From an uncultured delta proteobacterium (GTDB taxonomy: Bacteria > Desulfobacterota > Desulfobacteria > Desulfobacterales > B30-G6), in assembly GCA_963823335.1 (NCBI GenBank), contig CAWGLD010000001.1, forward strand, positions 640,001 through 704,000: 64,000 bases of DNA. The letters run 5' to 3'. A model generated the notes under the pieces. That model made no database searches. It had not been told where the DNA came from and worked only from the letters and a program-made list of their open reading frames with translations. Below, piece after piece: positions 42,259-52,056 of the stretch. Position 1 is the stretch's first letter; each line of letters begins with the position of its first letter. The position numbers were made by a program, and so were the translations under genes.

Positions 42259-43562
42259 TGGATGGTATGAACTGCCGGCAAGGGCTTGATAAAATTTTGC
42301 CTCAGGCTGTAGGTATAAGCACCCTGGGTCGGAATCATCAAAATATCACCCACTTGAATATCGTTACCGAAATACATATACCCCCAGATGTCATGGGGTG
42401 TACACAAGGCGCCGAGGATAAGGCACGGCTTTTCATCAAGGGAGGGGCGCGTCAGATTGAGGATGGGAAAATAGTCGTTTTCAAAACGCTCCCAGCCAAC
42501 CGTGTTGGTGCCGGCATCGGTAATCACCAAGTCCGGGGCCTTTTTGTCGACTACCGAAAGAAGCAGGTGCACGGCATCATTGCAAATCCAGCGACCCGGC
42601 TCCAGACAAATCCGGCACGAAACAACGCTGAAAAGATGTTTATGGATAGCAGCGCCGAGTTTTTCAGCAAATTCCTCAATGGGGACCGCCGGCAAACGGT
42701 GATGGGAATCAACGGGACCCGCAGACTGTCCCAGAGCCTCGCACAAACGGCCCTCCAATGTGCCGGCCGGCTGCAGCCATTCACCCTGGGAGGGCCAGTA
42801 ACCACCGCCAATATCGATAAATTCGAGTTGTGTTTGAAACAAAAGGGGCATCTGGGCCAGCGCTTTTCCGAGGGTGGCGATAAAATCGATCTGCTTATGT
42901 GGAGAGAGGTTCCAGCTGGAATGGAACTGTAATCCGATCAATTTGACATGACTGCATCGGCTGGTCTGCTCCCAGAATTTCTGCAGGTCCGATACAGGGA
43001 TGCCGAACTTGCGCCACAAACCATCCGGGTTGCTGTTCAGACGTACCCCACAGTGAATTTTTTTATTCAACTGCGCAGCAATGTCCTCCAGCCGGCTCAA
43101 TTCACCAAAACTGTCCATGAGAATCACCACTCGATCGGTATTGGAAACTGCAAGCCGCAGTTCTTGGGCTGTTTTCCCTGGACCGCTGAACACAATATCC
43201 CGGGCACCGAGTTTCAATGCCATCTCCAGTTCGATGCCACTGGAAACATCCAGACCAAAGCCTGCCTTTATCAGCGTTTCGGAAATATCGGGATGATTGT
43301 TGCTTTTAACGGCGTAATAGAATCCCACCGATGGCAGAACTGCCTGAAAGGCCTCCCTCAACTGGGCGGCCCTGGCCCTGAGAACCGACGCATCCTGCAG
43401 ATAAAGCGGCGCCGGGTGGTTGCTCAAAACCTGCAGATAGAGATCCCGCCTATCAAAATAATAGCTGACAAAGGAGGACAGTTCTTCTTTTGGCAGCAGG
43501 GGACTGCTCTGGGAGAGCAGCGCCTGAAACGTCTGCTGCAAATTGGATCGTTGGGTTGCCAT
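42255..43562 (-). CDS. PLP-dependent decarboxylase, Orn/DAP/Arg family 2 (alanine-racemase fold)
   Basis: YAVKSN, FSGPGK, KFG, DIGGG, EPGR, GALCTPHD and GAY. Confidence 0.88.
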   Translation of the reverse strand: MATQRSNLQQTFQALLSQSSPLLPKEELSSFVSYYFDRRDLYLQVLSNHPAPLYLQDASVLRARAAQLREAFQAVLPSVGFYYAVKSNNHPDISETLIKAGFGLDVSSGIELEMALKLGARDIVFSGPGKTAQELRLAVSNTDRVVILMDSFGELSRLEDIAAQLNKKIHCGVRLNSNPDGLWRKFGIPVSDLQKFWEQTSRCSHVKLIGLQFHSSWNLSPHKQIDFIATLGKALAQMPLLFQTQLEFIDIGGGYWPSQGEWLQPAGTLEGRLCEALGQSAGPVDSHHRLPAVPIEEFAEKLGAAIHKHLFSVVSCRICLEPGRWICNDAVHLLLSVVDKKAPDLVITDAGTNTVGWERFENDYFPILNLTRPSLDEKPCLILGALCTPHDIWGYMYFGNDIQVGDILMIPTQGAYTYSLRQNFIKPLPAVHTIH

Positions 43563-43568
43563 CGATAT

Positions 43569-44834
43569 CTACACTATCTCCACGATCAGTTTCTCGAGCA
43601 GTTCCCGGCATTCTACCTGCGGCTCGCCGCGTCCGTCAGGGTGAAAGATGACATGCCCCAGAATCCAGGAATCATAGTCTTCGGGTGGCATCTTGATCCG
43701 GTGTCCTGGCCTGTGCTTTAAATAGACCTCGGCCACACGTTTGTCCTGCTGCAGCCGGCCGACATCGACTGTTTTCAATGTGCCTCCACTGCCGGCATGA
43801 AGTCGCAACCCGATACAGGTACCCGAACCAGTTTTTTTTAATAATCGCAACGGCCGGCCCCGGGAAAAATCCAAAAACAACTTCAATATATCCAGGTTCC
43901 TACACCGCCGCAAAAGAAACGGCAGGCAGTCACCCCCGGGTCGTGGTGCCAGCTCAAGTAAAACGAGCCGGCCCTTATGAATGATAAAATCAAGCATGCA
44001 GACAGCCCGTACAAGACCCAGGGCTCCGGCGCTCGAGACAAGGGTTTGCAGAAAGTGCTCTTCATCCACTGTGGTCGGCAGTTCTGCTGGCAGCAGATAT
44101 CCCAGGGTCGTTCCAAAAGGCCCGCCGGAGGAAAGGATCTTACGGGTCAGCCGGATGACTCTGGCCTGTCCGTTTTCCAGCACGAAATCGCAGCTGTACT
44201 CGTCACCGTCCACCAAGGCTTCGGCCAGTATGACGGGTTCCTCCAAGAAAAAGGATTTGTAAAGACGGTTTCCCTGCCGCTGTTGCAGCCCCTGCTGTAT
44301 ATCACGAAAACGCTTCTCACAGGTACGGGTATCTCTACAGTCAAAGATCAATTCACTGCCACTGCCACTGACCGGTTTTAGCACACAGGCTCCGCCTAGG
44401 TCGCTGAAAAATTCAGCGGCTTCGGTAGCAGATCCTATTTGTTTAACCTGTGGGGTGTTCAGACCCTGTTTTTGCCAGAGAATTTTGGAAAGGTATTTAT
44501 CGCGGCAGTTTTTGACAGCCTGTACAGACGGATAGGACAACGAATATTCCCGGGCAAGAACGGCGGCCAGTTCCATGGATTCACAATCATAGCAGACAAC
44601 CCCATCCAGGTGCAGGCCATATTTGTGAAGGTGTCGTTGCAGCGAATGTCGCACCTGCCCTTCATCGGACAAATCGCACAGGGCTTCTTCAGCGGGTGCC
44701 GGGCAAGGTTCTCGGGCACCGCGGCGTAACACGGGGTCGGTCAGAAACAGGGCCTCCCCAGGACTGCTGCTCCGGATCCAATCGATGTAATCCGGGGTTG
44801 CACCAACCACCAGAACCCTATTGCTATATTGCAC
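43569..44834 (-). CDS. ATP-grasp ligase (L-amino-acid ligase-like)
   Basis: CRDKY, VLKPVSGSGS, EALVDGDEYSCD and LELAPRPGGD; start uncertain (GTG 44834). Confidence 0.85.
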   Translation of the reverse strand: MQYSNRVLVVGATPDYIDWIRSSSPGEALFLTDPVLRRGAREPCPAPAEEALCDLSDEGQVRHSLQRHLHKYGLHLDGVVCYDCESMELAAVLAREYSLSYPSVQAVKNCRDKYLSKILWQKQGLNTPQVKQIGSATEAAEFFSDLGGACVLKPVSGSGSELIFDCRDTRTCEKRFRDIQQGLQQRQGNRLYKSFFLEEPVILAEALVDGDEYSCDFVLENGQARVIRLTRKILSSGGPFGTTLGYLLPAELPTTVDEEHFLQTLVSSAGALGLVRAVCMLDFIIHKGRLVLLELAPRPGGDCLPFLLRRCRNLDILKLFLDFSRGRPLRLLKKTGSGTCIGLRLHAGSGGTLKTVDVGRLQQDKRVAEVYLKHRPGHRIKMPPEDYDSWILGHVIFHPDGRGEPQVECRELLEKLIVEIV

Positions 44835-45801
44835 AGGCAACCTGCAGACCGTCGACGGCCTCCTGCCAGGCGACGGTTGCAACCGGTACCGGTAGATTGA
44901 ACATCCTGTATAGGGGCCGTGCGGTCAGATGAAAACGATTTTTCCAGTTGAATTCGCCGCACAGAAAATCGACTTCCTTTAGACGCTGCCGGCAAGCCCA
45001 CTCTATATGATGGAAATTGATCAATTTGGCAACACCCGGAAAATCCGGGTGGGTACCCCCGGCCAGGACTGTATAGGACCGGTTCCAGACAGCGCCGACA
45101 TCCACGGCAGCAATTCGACCGCCCATGAGAACGGTTGTCACACGCAGCATCTTGTTGGCCTGCAGCCAGGCCAACAGGTTCTCAAAGGCCCTTAAGAAAC
45201 GGGCATCATAGAAATAGGATTGCTCCTTGAAGTTATCCAGGTTCATACGAAACAAATGCGCTAGATCATCGAAACAGTCATAACGGTAAGATACGCCTCC
45301 GTCTGTCAAGCGGTTCAGTTCGCTGCGCATTTTTTTACGGGATTTACCCGAAAAAGACTGCATGTAGGTCTGAAAGGAAAAATCATATTGCTGCGGATAG
45401 AACAGATATCCGATCTCGTCAACAACAGCCGCAGAATCACTCGCCAGACGCGGATCATGGGTGAGATAGCGGACCTTGGCCATTCCGGGAATGTGATTTA
45501 CCAGGGCACTGAAGACCTCCGGGTCACTGGCCAGGATTTTATTTTGTTCCAGCCAGGTTTTGCCATGCCATACTTCTCCCGGAAAATTACCGTAGCACTG
45601 CTGCTCGTCAATCCAGCTAAGGGCCAGCATTCCACGAAATTTATGATTTTCACTGGCAACGATAAAATAGGGCATGTAGTTGAATTGGGATTGAAAGCAA
45701 TAACGCACCGGCCAAAGGTCAAAAAGACATTGCTGCGGCCAGTGACGCTGCCAAAGTCCCCGAGCCGCTTCAAGATTTTTACATATATCGATGTTAAGCA
45801 T
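44824..45801 (-). CDS. GNAT-fold acyltransferase (FemAB/acetyltransf_6-like)
   Basis: SGKSRKKMRSE, G...DFPGVAKLIN...IEWAC and VDFLCG...WK.RF. Confidence 0.75.
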   Translation of the reverse strand: MLNIDICKNLEAARGLWQRHWPQQCLFDLWPVRYCFQSQFNYMPYFIVASENHKFRGMLALSWIDEQQCYGNFPGEVWHGKTWLEQNKILASDPEVFSALVNHIPGMAKVRYLTHDPRLASDSAAVVDEIGYLFYPQQYDFSFQTYMQSFSGKSRKKMRSELNRLTDGGVSYRYDCFDDLAHLFRMNLDNFKEQSYFYDARFLRAFENLLAWLQANKMLRVTTVLMGGRIAAVDVGAVWNRSYTVLAGGTHPDFPGVAKLINFHHIEWACRQRLKEVDFLCGEFNWKNRFHLTARPLYRMFNLPVPVATVAWQEAVDGLQVACAI

Positions 45802-45880
45802 CACGCGTCTCCCCAACCGATCTTTTCACTTATACATACCCGTCCGAAATTATGCTCATACAGCATGCGAGACTGTACAG

Positions 45881-45896
45881 AGCAGGTTTCATGCCA
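45881..45896 (-). promoter_or_regulatory. Sigma54 (-24/-12) promoter
   Basis: TGGCATGAAACCTGCT = GG-N10-GC, about 80 nt upstream of the GNAT start. Confidence 0.8.
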
Positions 45897-45983
45897 CCAC
45901 AAGAAGAATTTTTTAACATGCCGATATAATTAAATATTAATTATTGACGGCATGTTTTAAAAGGGCAATTCCGTACAGATAAA

Positions 45984-46025
45984 GTAAATATTTACCGATT
46001 TATGTTGATATTTGTAAAATTTTAC
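45984..46025. promoter_or_regulatory. Two palindromic upstream activator sites GTAAA-N2-TTTAC, 30 bp apart
   Basis: GTAAATATTTAC (45984-45995) and GTAAAATTTTAC (46014-46025); an AT-rich tract separates them from the promoter. Confidence 0.65.
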
Positions 46026-46094
46026 CGTAATTTGCAAGCAGGTTGGCAATGGCGTCATAACAGGACAGCGGTAGCCCGCCCTATTCAATTGGGA

Positions 46095-46240
46095 TATTAA
46101 CCCGGCGACTAAATAGCCAACCTCCGCCATGCCGGACTTGATCCGGCATCCAGTGTCTTTCTGGATAGCGCTAAAGCTTCACTTCGTGCCCCGCCTGTGC
46201 GGGAATGACAACCGTAGGGTATTTAACCGCCGGAGCAATA
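46095..46240. mobile_element. MITE/REP-like palindromic element
   Basis: Imperfect terminal IRs (17/23 by eye) enclosing ATGCCGGA-CTTGA-TCCGGCAT and CCCGC..GCGGGAATGAC hairpins. Confidence 0.6.
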
Positions 46241-46360
46241 TGAACACCAACAGTGAGCGCTCTCCCCATGGTTTGCTGGAACGAAGCCGAACTCCCGCCT
46301 GCGGGGCTGCGAGATTCTTGACTTTTTTCGGTATTATTTTACCGTTAATGGAAAAATAAC

Positions 46361-47803
46361 ATGCTCATCCGCGTTGGATTAAGTGTTAAAAGCAGAAACC
46401 TGCAAAACCATCTGGAGAAAGCTCTTTCATACTCGGATGTAAGGGTGGAATCCTTTGGACACCTGCGCTCTGCCTGGTTGAAAGTGGTTCGCAGCGGGTG
46501 CGAGGTCATCGTCATCAGTGAAGCACTCATCCCCCGCCCAACGGATAACGGTCTGGCAATTTTGAATGATCTGCCTGAAAACCCGACCACCGTAATCATC
46601 CATGAAAGTGATTCCGCCGAAGAGCATGCCCAACTGGCGGCGGCAGGAGCCGATGTGGTTCTTTTTGCAGGCATTTCCCGAAAAAGCATGCTGGAGGCAC
46701 TGGAAACGACGCTGGAATCCCGGCGCCAGTTTATCCGTATGAAACGGTTTCACCGGCGGGGTCTGTCCGAGCCAAAAATCGCCGACTTTGTTTCCGAAAG
46801 CCATGTCATGCAGCTTTTTATGGAAGAGGTCCGTCAGATAATTCCGAGTGATTCGCCCATTTTACTGTTGGGGGAAACCGGTGTCGGCAAAGAGCATCTG
46901 GCCAAGGCCATCCATGCCGAAAGCCCGCGCTCCGCCGGCCCTTTTATTTCGGTCAACATGGCGGGCATGCCTGAACAATTGATTGAAAGTGAACTGTTCG
47001 GTCATGAGCAGGGCGCTTTCACCGGCGCAATTCGGTATCGGCGTGGTGCTTTTGAACTGGCCCACGGGGGTACCATCTTTTTGGATGAAATCGGTGATAT
47101 GCCGCTGCACATGCAGGCCAAACTGTTGCGGGTACTGCAGAACTATGAGATCAAGCCCTTGGGCGGTGAAAACCCGTTGGAACTGGACGTGCGCGTCATC
47201 GCAGCGACCAACCAGAAGATTGAAGACGAAATCATGCGGGGTAATTTCAGGCAGGATCTTTATTATCGTCTCAGCGTTTTGATGCAGACCATCCCACCCC
47301 TGCGAGATCGCATTGAAGACATCCCCACACTGGTCAGACGTTTTATCGCATATTACCGCTATAAAATCGGACGGGAAATCAATGGTATTTCCGAAAAAGC
47401 CCTTCAGGCGCTCTGCAGTTACGACTGGCCGGGCAACGTCCGCGAATTGATGAACGTCATCGAACGCGCCATACTGCTGTGTAAAACCGATGCCATCAGC
47501 ATCGTGGAATTGCCTCACGTTTTTCAGGGCGGTGCCGCCTCTCCAAACATGAGCATGTCAGGTCTTCATTTTGAAAACACTGCGTGGTCAGACAAGACCT
47601 TGCCCGAAGTACAAAAAGAGATCATGGATCAAATCGAAAAACTATATCTTGAACAAGTGCTGAAAAAGACACATGGGCGTGTCGACCAGGCTGCCCGGAT
47701 TGCCGGCATCCATCCCAGGGGGTTGTTTACCAAGATGAAGCGACTCGGCTTACGTAAAGAGAATTTCAAAAAGCCGGTCTCTGAAAATTCGGCTGCCGAA
47801 TAG
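46361..47803 (+). CDS. Sigma54-dependent enhancer-binding protein (Fis family) with degenerate receiver domain
   Basis: [38 protein letters not shown] and a C-terminal HTH. Confidence 0.93.
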   Translation: MLIRVGLSVKSRNLQNHLEKALSYSDVRVESFGHLRSAWLKVVRSGCEVIVISEALIPRPTDNGLAILNDLPENPTTVIIHESDSAEEHAQLAAAGADVVLFAGISRKSMLEALETTLESRRQFIRMKRFHRRGLSEPKIADFVSESHVMQLFMEEVRQIIPSDSPILLLGETGVGKEHLAKAIHAESPRSAGPFISVNMAGMPEQLIESELFGHEQGAFTGAIRYRRGAFELAHGGTIFLDEIGDMPLHMQAKLLRVLQNYEIKPLGGENPLELDVRVIAATNQKIEDEIMRGNFRQDLYYRLSVLMQTIPPLRDRIEDIPTLVRRFIAYYRYKIGREINGISEKALQALCSYDWPGNVRELMNVIERAILLCKTDAISIVELPHVFQGGAASPNMSMSGLHFENTAWSDKTLPEVQKEIMDQIEKLYLEQVLKKTHGRVDQAARIAGIHPRGLFTKMKRLGLRKENFKKPVSENSAAE

Positions 47804-47958
47804 AATTCTCACAGGCCTTCGTTCATGCTTGCATTTCAGCATTCAGGACTGTAGGCTTGGGAACTTTCTGCATTGCAACGTCGACTTATCAGATCGATTT
47901 TTTCTAGATTGAAAAACAGGGCCCCGGGGCCCGGGTATCGAATAATCCGAGGTCTTCT

Positions 47959-48546
47959 ATGTATTCGCCATTACATTACCAAACTTCTGAATACGATTGT
48001 GTGCCAACAGCCTTTATCAATGCCATAAGCTACCTTTTTAAACGAAATGAGATTCCGCCCATGGTCATCCGCCACATTTATCTGTACAGCCTGGATACCG
48101 TGGGTAAAAACGCAAGATTCGGTATCGGTGGTACCAGCAGATATGCAGTCAAATTGATAGGCAACTGGCTGACTTCCTACAAAATTAAAAAGTTTTCAGT
48201 CACCACAAAATTCCTTGAGGGAGACAGGGTACACTTACGCAAAGGATGCAGGATCTATGCCTGCCTCAAAGACGGCGGTATTGCCCTTTGCAATATTCTA
48301 TTGGGCAAGAGAGAGCCGCATTACCTCATGATCATCAGGCACGTGGATGACTGGCTCTACTGTTTTGATCCCTATAAGAGAGACTCTTTGCGTGGAATAG
48401 AAAACCACGTGTCTATTCTACCTAATGAAAACGGTCGTTCCCCCAATTTAAAGATCAGGACCCAATGGATGGATCAGGAATCAAGAATGCGGTTTTGTCT
48501 GGGCCCTGTTTCCATTCGGGAATGTCTTTTGATGTGGAGAAAATAG
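47959..48546 (+). CDS. Peptidase C39-like protein
   Basis: Q-x5-C motif (YQTSEYDC), a later His (PHY) and FDPY. Confidence 0.65.
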   Translation: MYSPLHYQTSEYDCVPTAFINAISYLFKRNEIPPMVIRHIYLYSLDTVGKNARFGIGGTSRYAVKLIGNWLTSYKIKKFSVTTKFLEGDRVHLRKGCRIYACLKDGGIALCNILLGKREPHYLMIIRHVDDWLYCFDPYKRDSLRGIENHVSILPNENGRSPNLKIRTQWMDQESRMRFCLGPVSIRECLLMWRK

Positions 48547-48550
48547 CTCA

Positions 48551-49936
48551 ATGGAACTTCATTCGAAACGGAAAAACAAAAAGGCTTCCATGGAAATGTA
48601 TCAAATGGATATCCAGCGGGCTTTGTCCATTTCACTGGCTGCGACGGACAATCTCACAGAAGGGTTAAACTTGTGCCTCGAAGCGAGTCTGCAGATTTCC
48701 GGTATGGATTGTGGCGGTGTCTACCTTTTCGATACCCGCCATGAAAATCTTGATTTGGTCGTTCACAAAGGACTTTCGAAAAATTTCGTCAAGCACATCG
48801 CAACATATGACAAAAATGCAGCAAATGTATTGCTTATTCAGAAAGGCAAGCCCCTCTATACCGTAACAACGAAGCTGGGGGTGCCCCGGTCTCCGGCGCA
48901 AAAACGCGAAGGCTTGCGAGCCCTGGCATCGTTACCATTGTATGACAAATCAAGGATTGTTGGATGTATCAATGTTGCGTCTCACGTTTTTGATGAGATT
49001 TCCCCTTCCTCCCGCATTGCCCTTGAAACTATTGCTGCGCAGGCAGGCAGTGTCATTGCTCGTCTGCAAGCAAAACAGGCGCTCCAGGAAAGCGAAGAGC
49101 ATTTAAGTTCGTTAATGCTTAACGCTGAGCATTACGCTGTTTATCGGTTACAAATCGATGGTTCAGACCCCCACGGGCTAAGAGTTGTTTTTGTAAGCCC
49201 TTCCATAGCAGATATCACGGGGGTTGCCGACCCGGAGAGGTTCGAGACCTGGTTTGAGAATGTCCATGCCGATGACAGGCAAAGAGTTCTATCAGCAAAT
49301 CAGAAAGCGTTCGAAACCAATGAATTTAATGAAGCCATGAAGATCAACCATCCCCGAAAAAAAGAGCATCGCTGGATCCATTCTATCTCTAAAGGTATTC
49401 GCTCCCAAGATGGCAAGATACAATTTGTCAATGGCATCATCATCGATATTACAGAACGAAAACTTGCCGAGCAGGCATTGCTTGCAAAAGAGAAAGAATT
49501 GGAATCAAAAACAAGCAAGCTCGAGGAGATCAACACCGCCCTGAACGTCCTGTTAGAAAAAAGAGAGCAGGATAAAATCCTTTTGCAGGAGCAGGTGCTG
49601 TCGAATGTGAAAAAACTGGTGATCCCATCCGTTGAAAAGCTGAAAAAAGGCACCCTCAACGAAATACAATCAGCCTTACTGGATGTTATCGAGTCAAGTC
49701 TGCATGAAATCGTTTCACCCTTTTCCCATAAACTGTCCTCTGAATTTTTCGGATTAACGCCCGCTGAAATAGAAGTGGCTGCTCTTGTCAGACAGGGCAA
49801 AGGAACAAAAGAAGTTGCAACAATCCGAAATCTTTCACACAAAACAGTGGCACGTCACAGGGAGAATATAAGGAACAAGCTCGGTATAAAAAATAAAAAA
49901 ATTAATCTGCAATCCTACCTGAACGCCCTCGCATAA
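48551..49936 (+). CDS. GAF-PAS-LuxR transcriptional regulator
   Basis: GAF region, PAS (VHADDR...DITERK) and LuxR HTH (LTPAEIEVA...HRENIRNKLG). Confidence 0.88.
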   Translation: MELHSKRKNKKASMEMYQMDIQRALSISLAATDNLTEGLNLCLEASLQISGMDCGGVYLFDTRHENLDLVVHKGLSKNFVKHIATYDKNAANVLLIQKGKPLYTVTTKLGVPRSPAQKREGLRALASLPLYDKSRIVGCINVASHVFDEISPSSRIALETIAAQAGSVIARLQAKQALQESEEHLSSLMLNAEHYAVYRLQIDGSDPHGLRVVFVSPSIADITGVADPERFETWFENVHADDRQRVLSANQKAFETNEFNEAMKINHPRKKEHRWIHSISKGIRSQDGKIQFVNGIIIDITERKLAEQALLAKEKELESKTSKLEEINTALNVLLEKREQDKILLQEQVLSNVKKLVIPSVEKLKKGTLNEIQSALLDVIESSLHEIVSPFSHKLSSEFFGLTPAEIEVAALVRQGKGTKEVATIRNLSHKTVARHRENIRNKLGIKNKKINLQSYLNALA

Positions 49937-49993
49937 TACCCATTTCGAGTAGGCACTATATAGGCAATAAAATGGCCTTGATTGTCTTGTGCT

Positions 49994-50878
49994 TCATGAC
50001 CCGTTGACCCTGTGTGCGCCATCATGGGTCAGAAGGGGTGTATAGAGGGCAGGTCTACGATCCCTGAAGAGCCCCCAGCCACTTCTTTCTGCCGCCATGG
50101 CATCCAGGTCAACCTCCGCCGAGACAACCGTTTCCGAAGTACGGTCAGCCCGCTCCATTAGCCGGCCTTTATTGTCGGTAATAAAGGAAGACCCGTAAAA
50201 AGTAATCGCAGAACCATCGATGTTTTCTCTTCCCACACGATTTGACACCACCACAGGCACCATATTTGCAGCGGCATGTCCTTGTATACAGGTTTGCCAG
50301 TGATCCCTGGAGTCATATTCATGATCTTGCGGCTCGGAACCGATAGCGGTTGGGTAAAGGAGAATTTCAGCGCCCATGAGAACCATGCTCCTTGCAGCTT
50401 CAGGAAACCACTGATCCCAGCAGATGCCGATCCCGATGGTGCCGTAACGGGTTTTCCAGACACGAAAGCCGGTGTCACCGGGGCTGAAATAATATTTTTC
50501 CTGATACCCAGGCCCGTCCGGTATGTGTGATTTGCGATAGATGCCTAGAATGGCACCGTCTGCGTCGACAACCGCAATCGTGTTGTAATAGGTCTGATTC
50601 TTTTTTTCGAAAAAGCTGATGGGCAGCACAACCCTCAACTGTCTGGCGAGTGCTGAAAAATGTCGCACCCCGGGGTTGTCCTGAATATCGGCGGCGAGAC
50701 CGAAGAAATCCTGTTTCTGGGATTGACAAAAATAGAGCGTTTCAAAAAGTTCCTGAAGCAAAATGATCTGCGCGCCGCTGGAGGCGGCCTCCCGCACCAG
50801 TGTTTCAGCCTTGGCGATGTTTTCATCCCGGTCCGTGCTGCACATCATCTGGGTAGCGGCAATGGTTACTTTTCGCAT
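49994..50878 (-). CDS. aguB: N-carbamoylputrescine amidase
   Basis: LQELF, YRKSHIPDGPGYQEKYYFSPGDTGF, ICWDQWFPE and YPTAIGSEP. Confidence 0.95.
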   Translation of the reverse strand: MRKVTIAATQMMCSTDRDENIAKAETLVREAASSGAQIILLQELFETLYFCQSQKQDFFGLAADIQDNPGVRHFSALARQLRVVLPISFFEKKNQTYYNTIAVVDADGAILGIYRKSHIPDGPGYQEKYYFSPGDTGFRVWKTRYGTIGIGICWDQWFPEAARSMVLMGAEILLYPTAIGSEPQDHEYDSRDHWQTCIQGHAAANMVPVVVSNRVGRENIDGSAITFYGSSFITDNKGRLMERADRTSETVVSAEVDLDAMAAERSGWGLFRDRRPALYTPLLTHDGAHRVNGS

Positions 50879-50910
50879 GTGCGTCTTCTCCTTCGAGCCG
50901 CAACAATTTA

Positions 50911-52008
50911 TCAGACGGCCGGGACCTGCTGGGTGATACAATGGATGTTCCCGCCGCCGAGCAAAATCTCGCGGGTCTGTACACCCACGATCACCCGCTC
51001 GGGGAAAAGAGCTTGCAGGGATTGCCTGGCCGCCACATCGTGGGGATCGTCAAAAAACGGCATGACGATGCCTCCGTTGGCCATGTAAAAATTGATGTAG
51101 GACCCGGCCAGCCGGTCCCCGGGATTCCTGGGTCGCGTGTTGTCACTGGAATCGAGACCCTCACTTTCTGTTGCGGTCATAAAAAGAGGGCCTGGCTGAT
51201 GAATTTTATGAATTACGAGGTTTCTTCCCCGGGCATCTTTTGACCGGGATAAAAAATCGAAAGCTTCTTCAGATATTTTTCGCTGGGGATCGGTGACATC
51301 ATCCGTCCATGTGAGAGCAACGACCCCCGGTCTTATGAAACAGCACAGGTTGTCCACATGCCCGTCTGTCTCATCGTGGTAGACCCCTTGGGGGAGCCAG
51401 ATGATTTTTTCCACGTTTAAAAAGGATTCCAGATAATCTTCAATCTGCCTCTTTGAAAGTTGTGGGTTACGGTTGGCATTCAAAAGACAGCCTTCGGTGG
51501 TAATGAGCGTTCCTTCTCCATCCACATGAATGGCGCCCCCTTCCATGATGAATGGCGCCCGGTATCGATCCCTGTTTTCAATTTCGAGTACCTTTTTGGC
51601 AACCCGGTCGTCCTGGTCCCACGGAAAATAGAGTCCTTTTTCGAGCCCGCCCCAGGCGTTGAAGCGCCAGTCAATACCACGGACCACGCAAGTCCTGTCA
51701 TTTACGACAAAGGTGGGGCCCACATCCCGCATCCAGGCATCGTCGGAAGATATCTCCAGGACCCGCACTTGCCCGGGCAACCCAAGGCGGGCATTTTCGA
51801 GCTGGTGTCCTGACACCCCTACAGAAACCTGCTCGAAACGGGATATGGCCGCAGCGACTGCAGCAAACGCTTTTTGTGCGGGCTTGGCAGCAAGCCGCCA
51901 GGTGTCTTGTCGCTCCGGCCAGAGCATCCAGCAGCCCTGGTGGGGCTCGAACTCACCCGGCATGCGAAAACCGTCATTCCGTGGATGGTTGTTCAAAGTC
52001 GTTGACAT
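50911..52008 (-). CDS. aguA: Agmatine deiminase
   Basis: [33 protein letters not shown] and [11 protein letters not shown]. Confidence 0.96.
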   Translation of the reverse strand: MSTTLNNHPRNDGFRMPGEFEPHQGCWMLWPERQDTWRLAAKPAQKAFAAVAAAISRFEQVSVGVSGHQLENARLGLPGQVRVLEISSDDAWMRDVGPTFVVNDRTCVVRGIDWRFNAWGGLEKGLYFPWDQDDRVAKKVLEIENRDRYRAPFIMEGGAIHVDGEGTLITTEGCLLNANRNPQLSKRQIEDYLESFLNVEKIIWLPQGVYHDETDGHVDNLCCFIRPGVVALTWTDDVTDPQRKISEEAFDFLSRSKDARGRNLVIHKIHQPGPLFMTATESEGLDSSDNTRPRNPGDRLAGSYINFYMANGGIVMPFFDDPHDVAARQSLQALFPERVIVGVQTREILLGGGNIHCITQQVPAV

Positions 52009-52020
52009 GTGGATCCATGA

Positions 52021-52054
52021 TAAACACCCCCGTGCATACGCACGGGGGTGTTTA
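52021..52054. terminator. Perfect 15-bp hairpin between potD and aguA (terminator or mRNA stabiliser)
   Basis: TAAACACCCCCGTGC-ATAC-GCACGGGGGTGTTTA. Confidence 0.7.
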
Positions 52055-52056
52055 TT

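Noticed and set aside
46129-46359. Small ORFs MPDLIRHP..., and those at 4689-4919, 9281-9466 and 59710-59976
   Set aside because: They are translations of palindromic repeat/MITE sequence.
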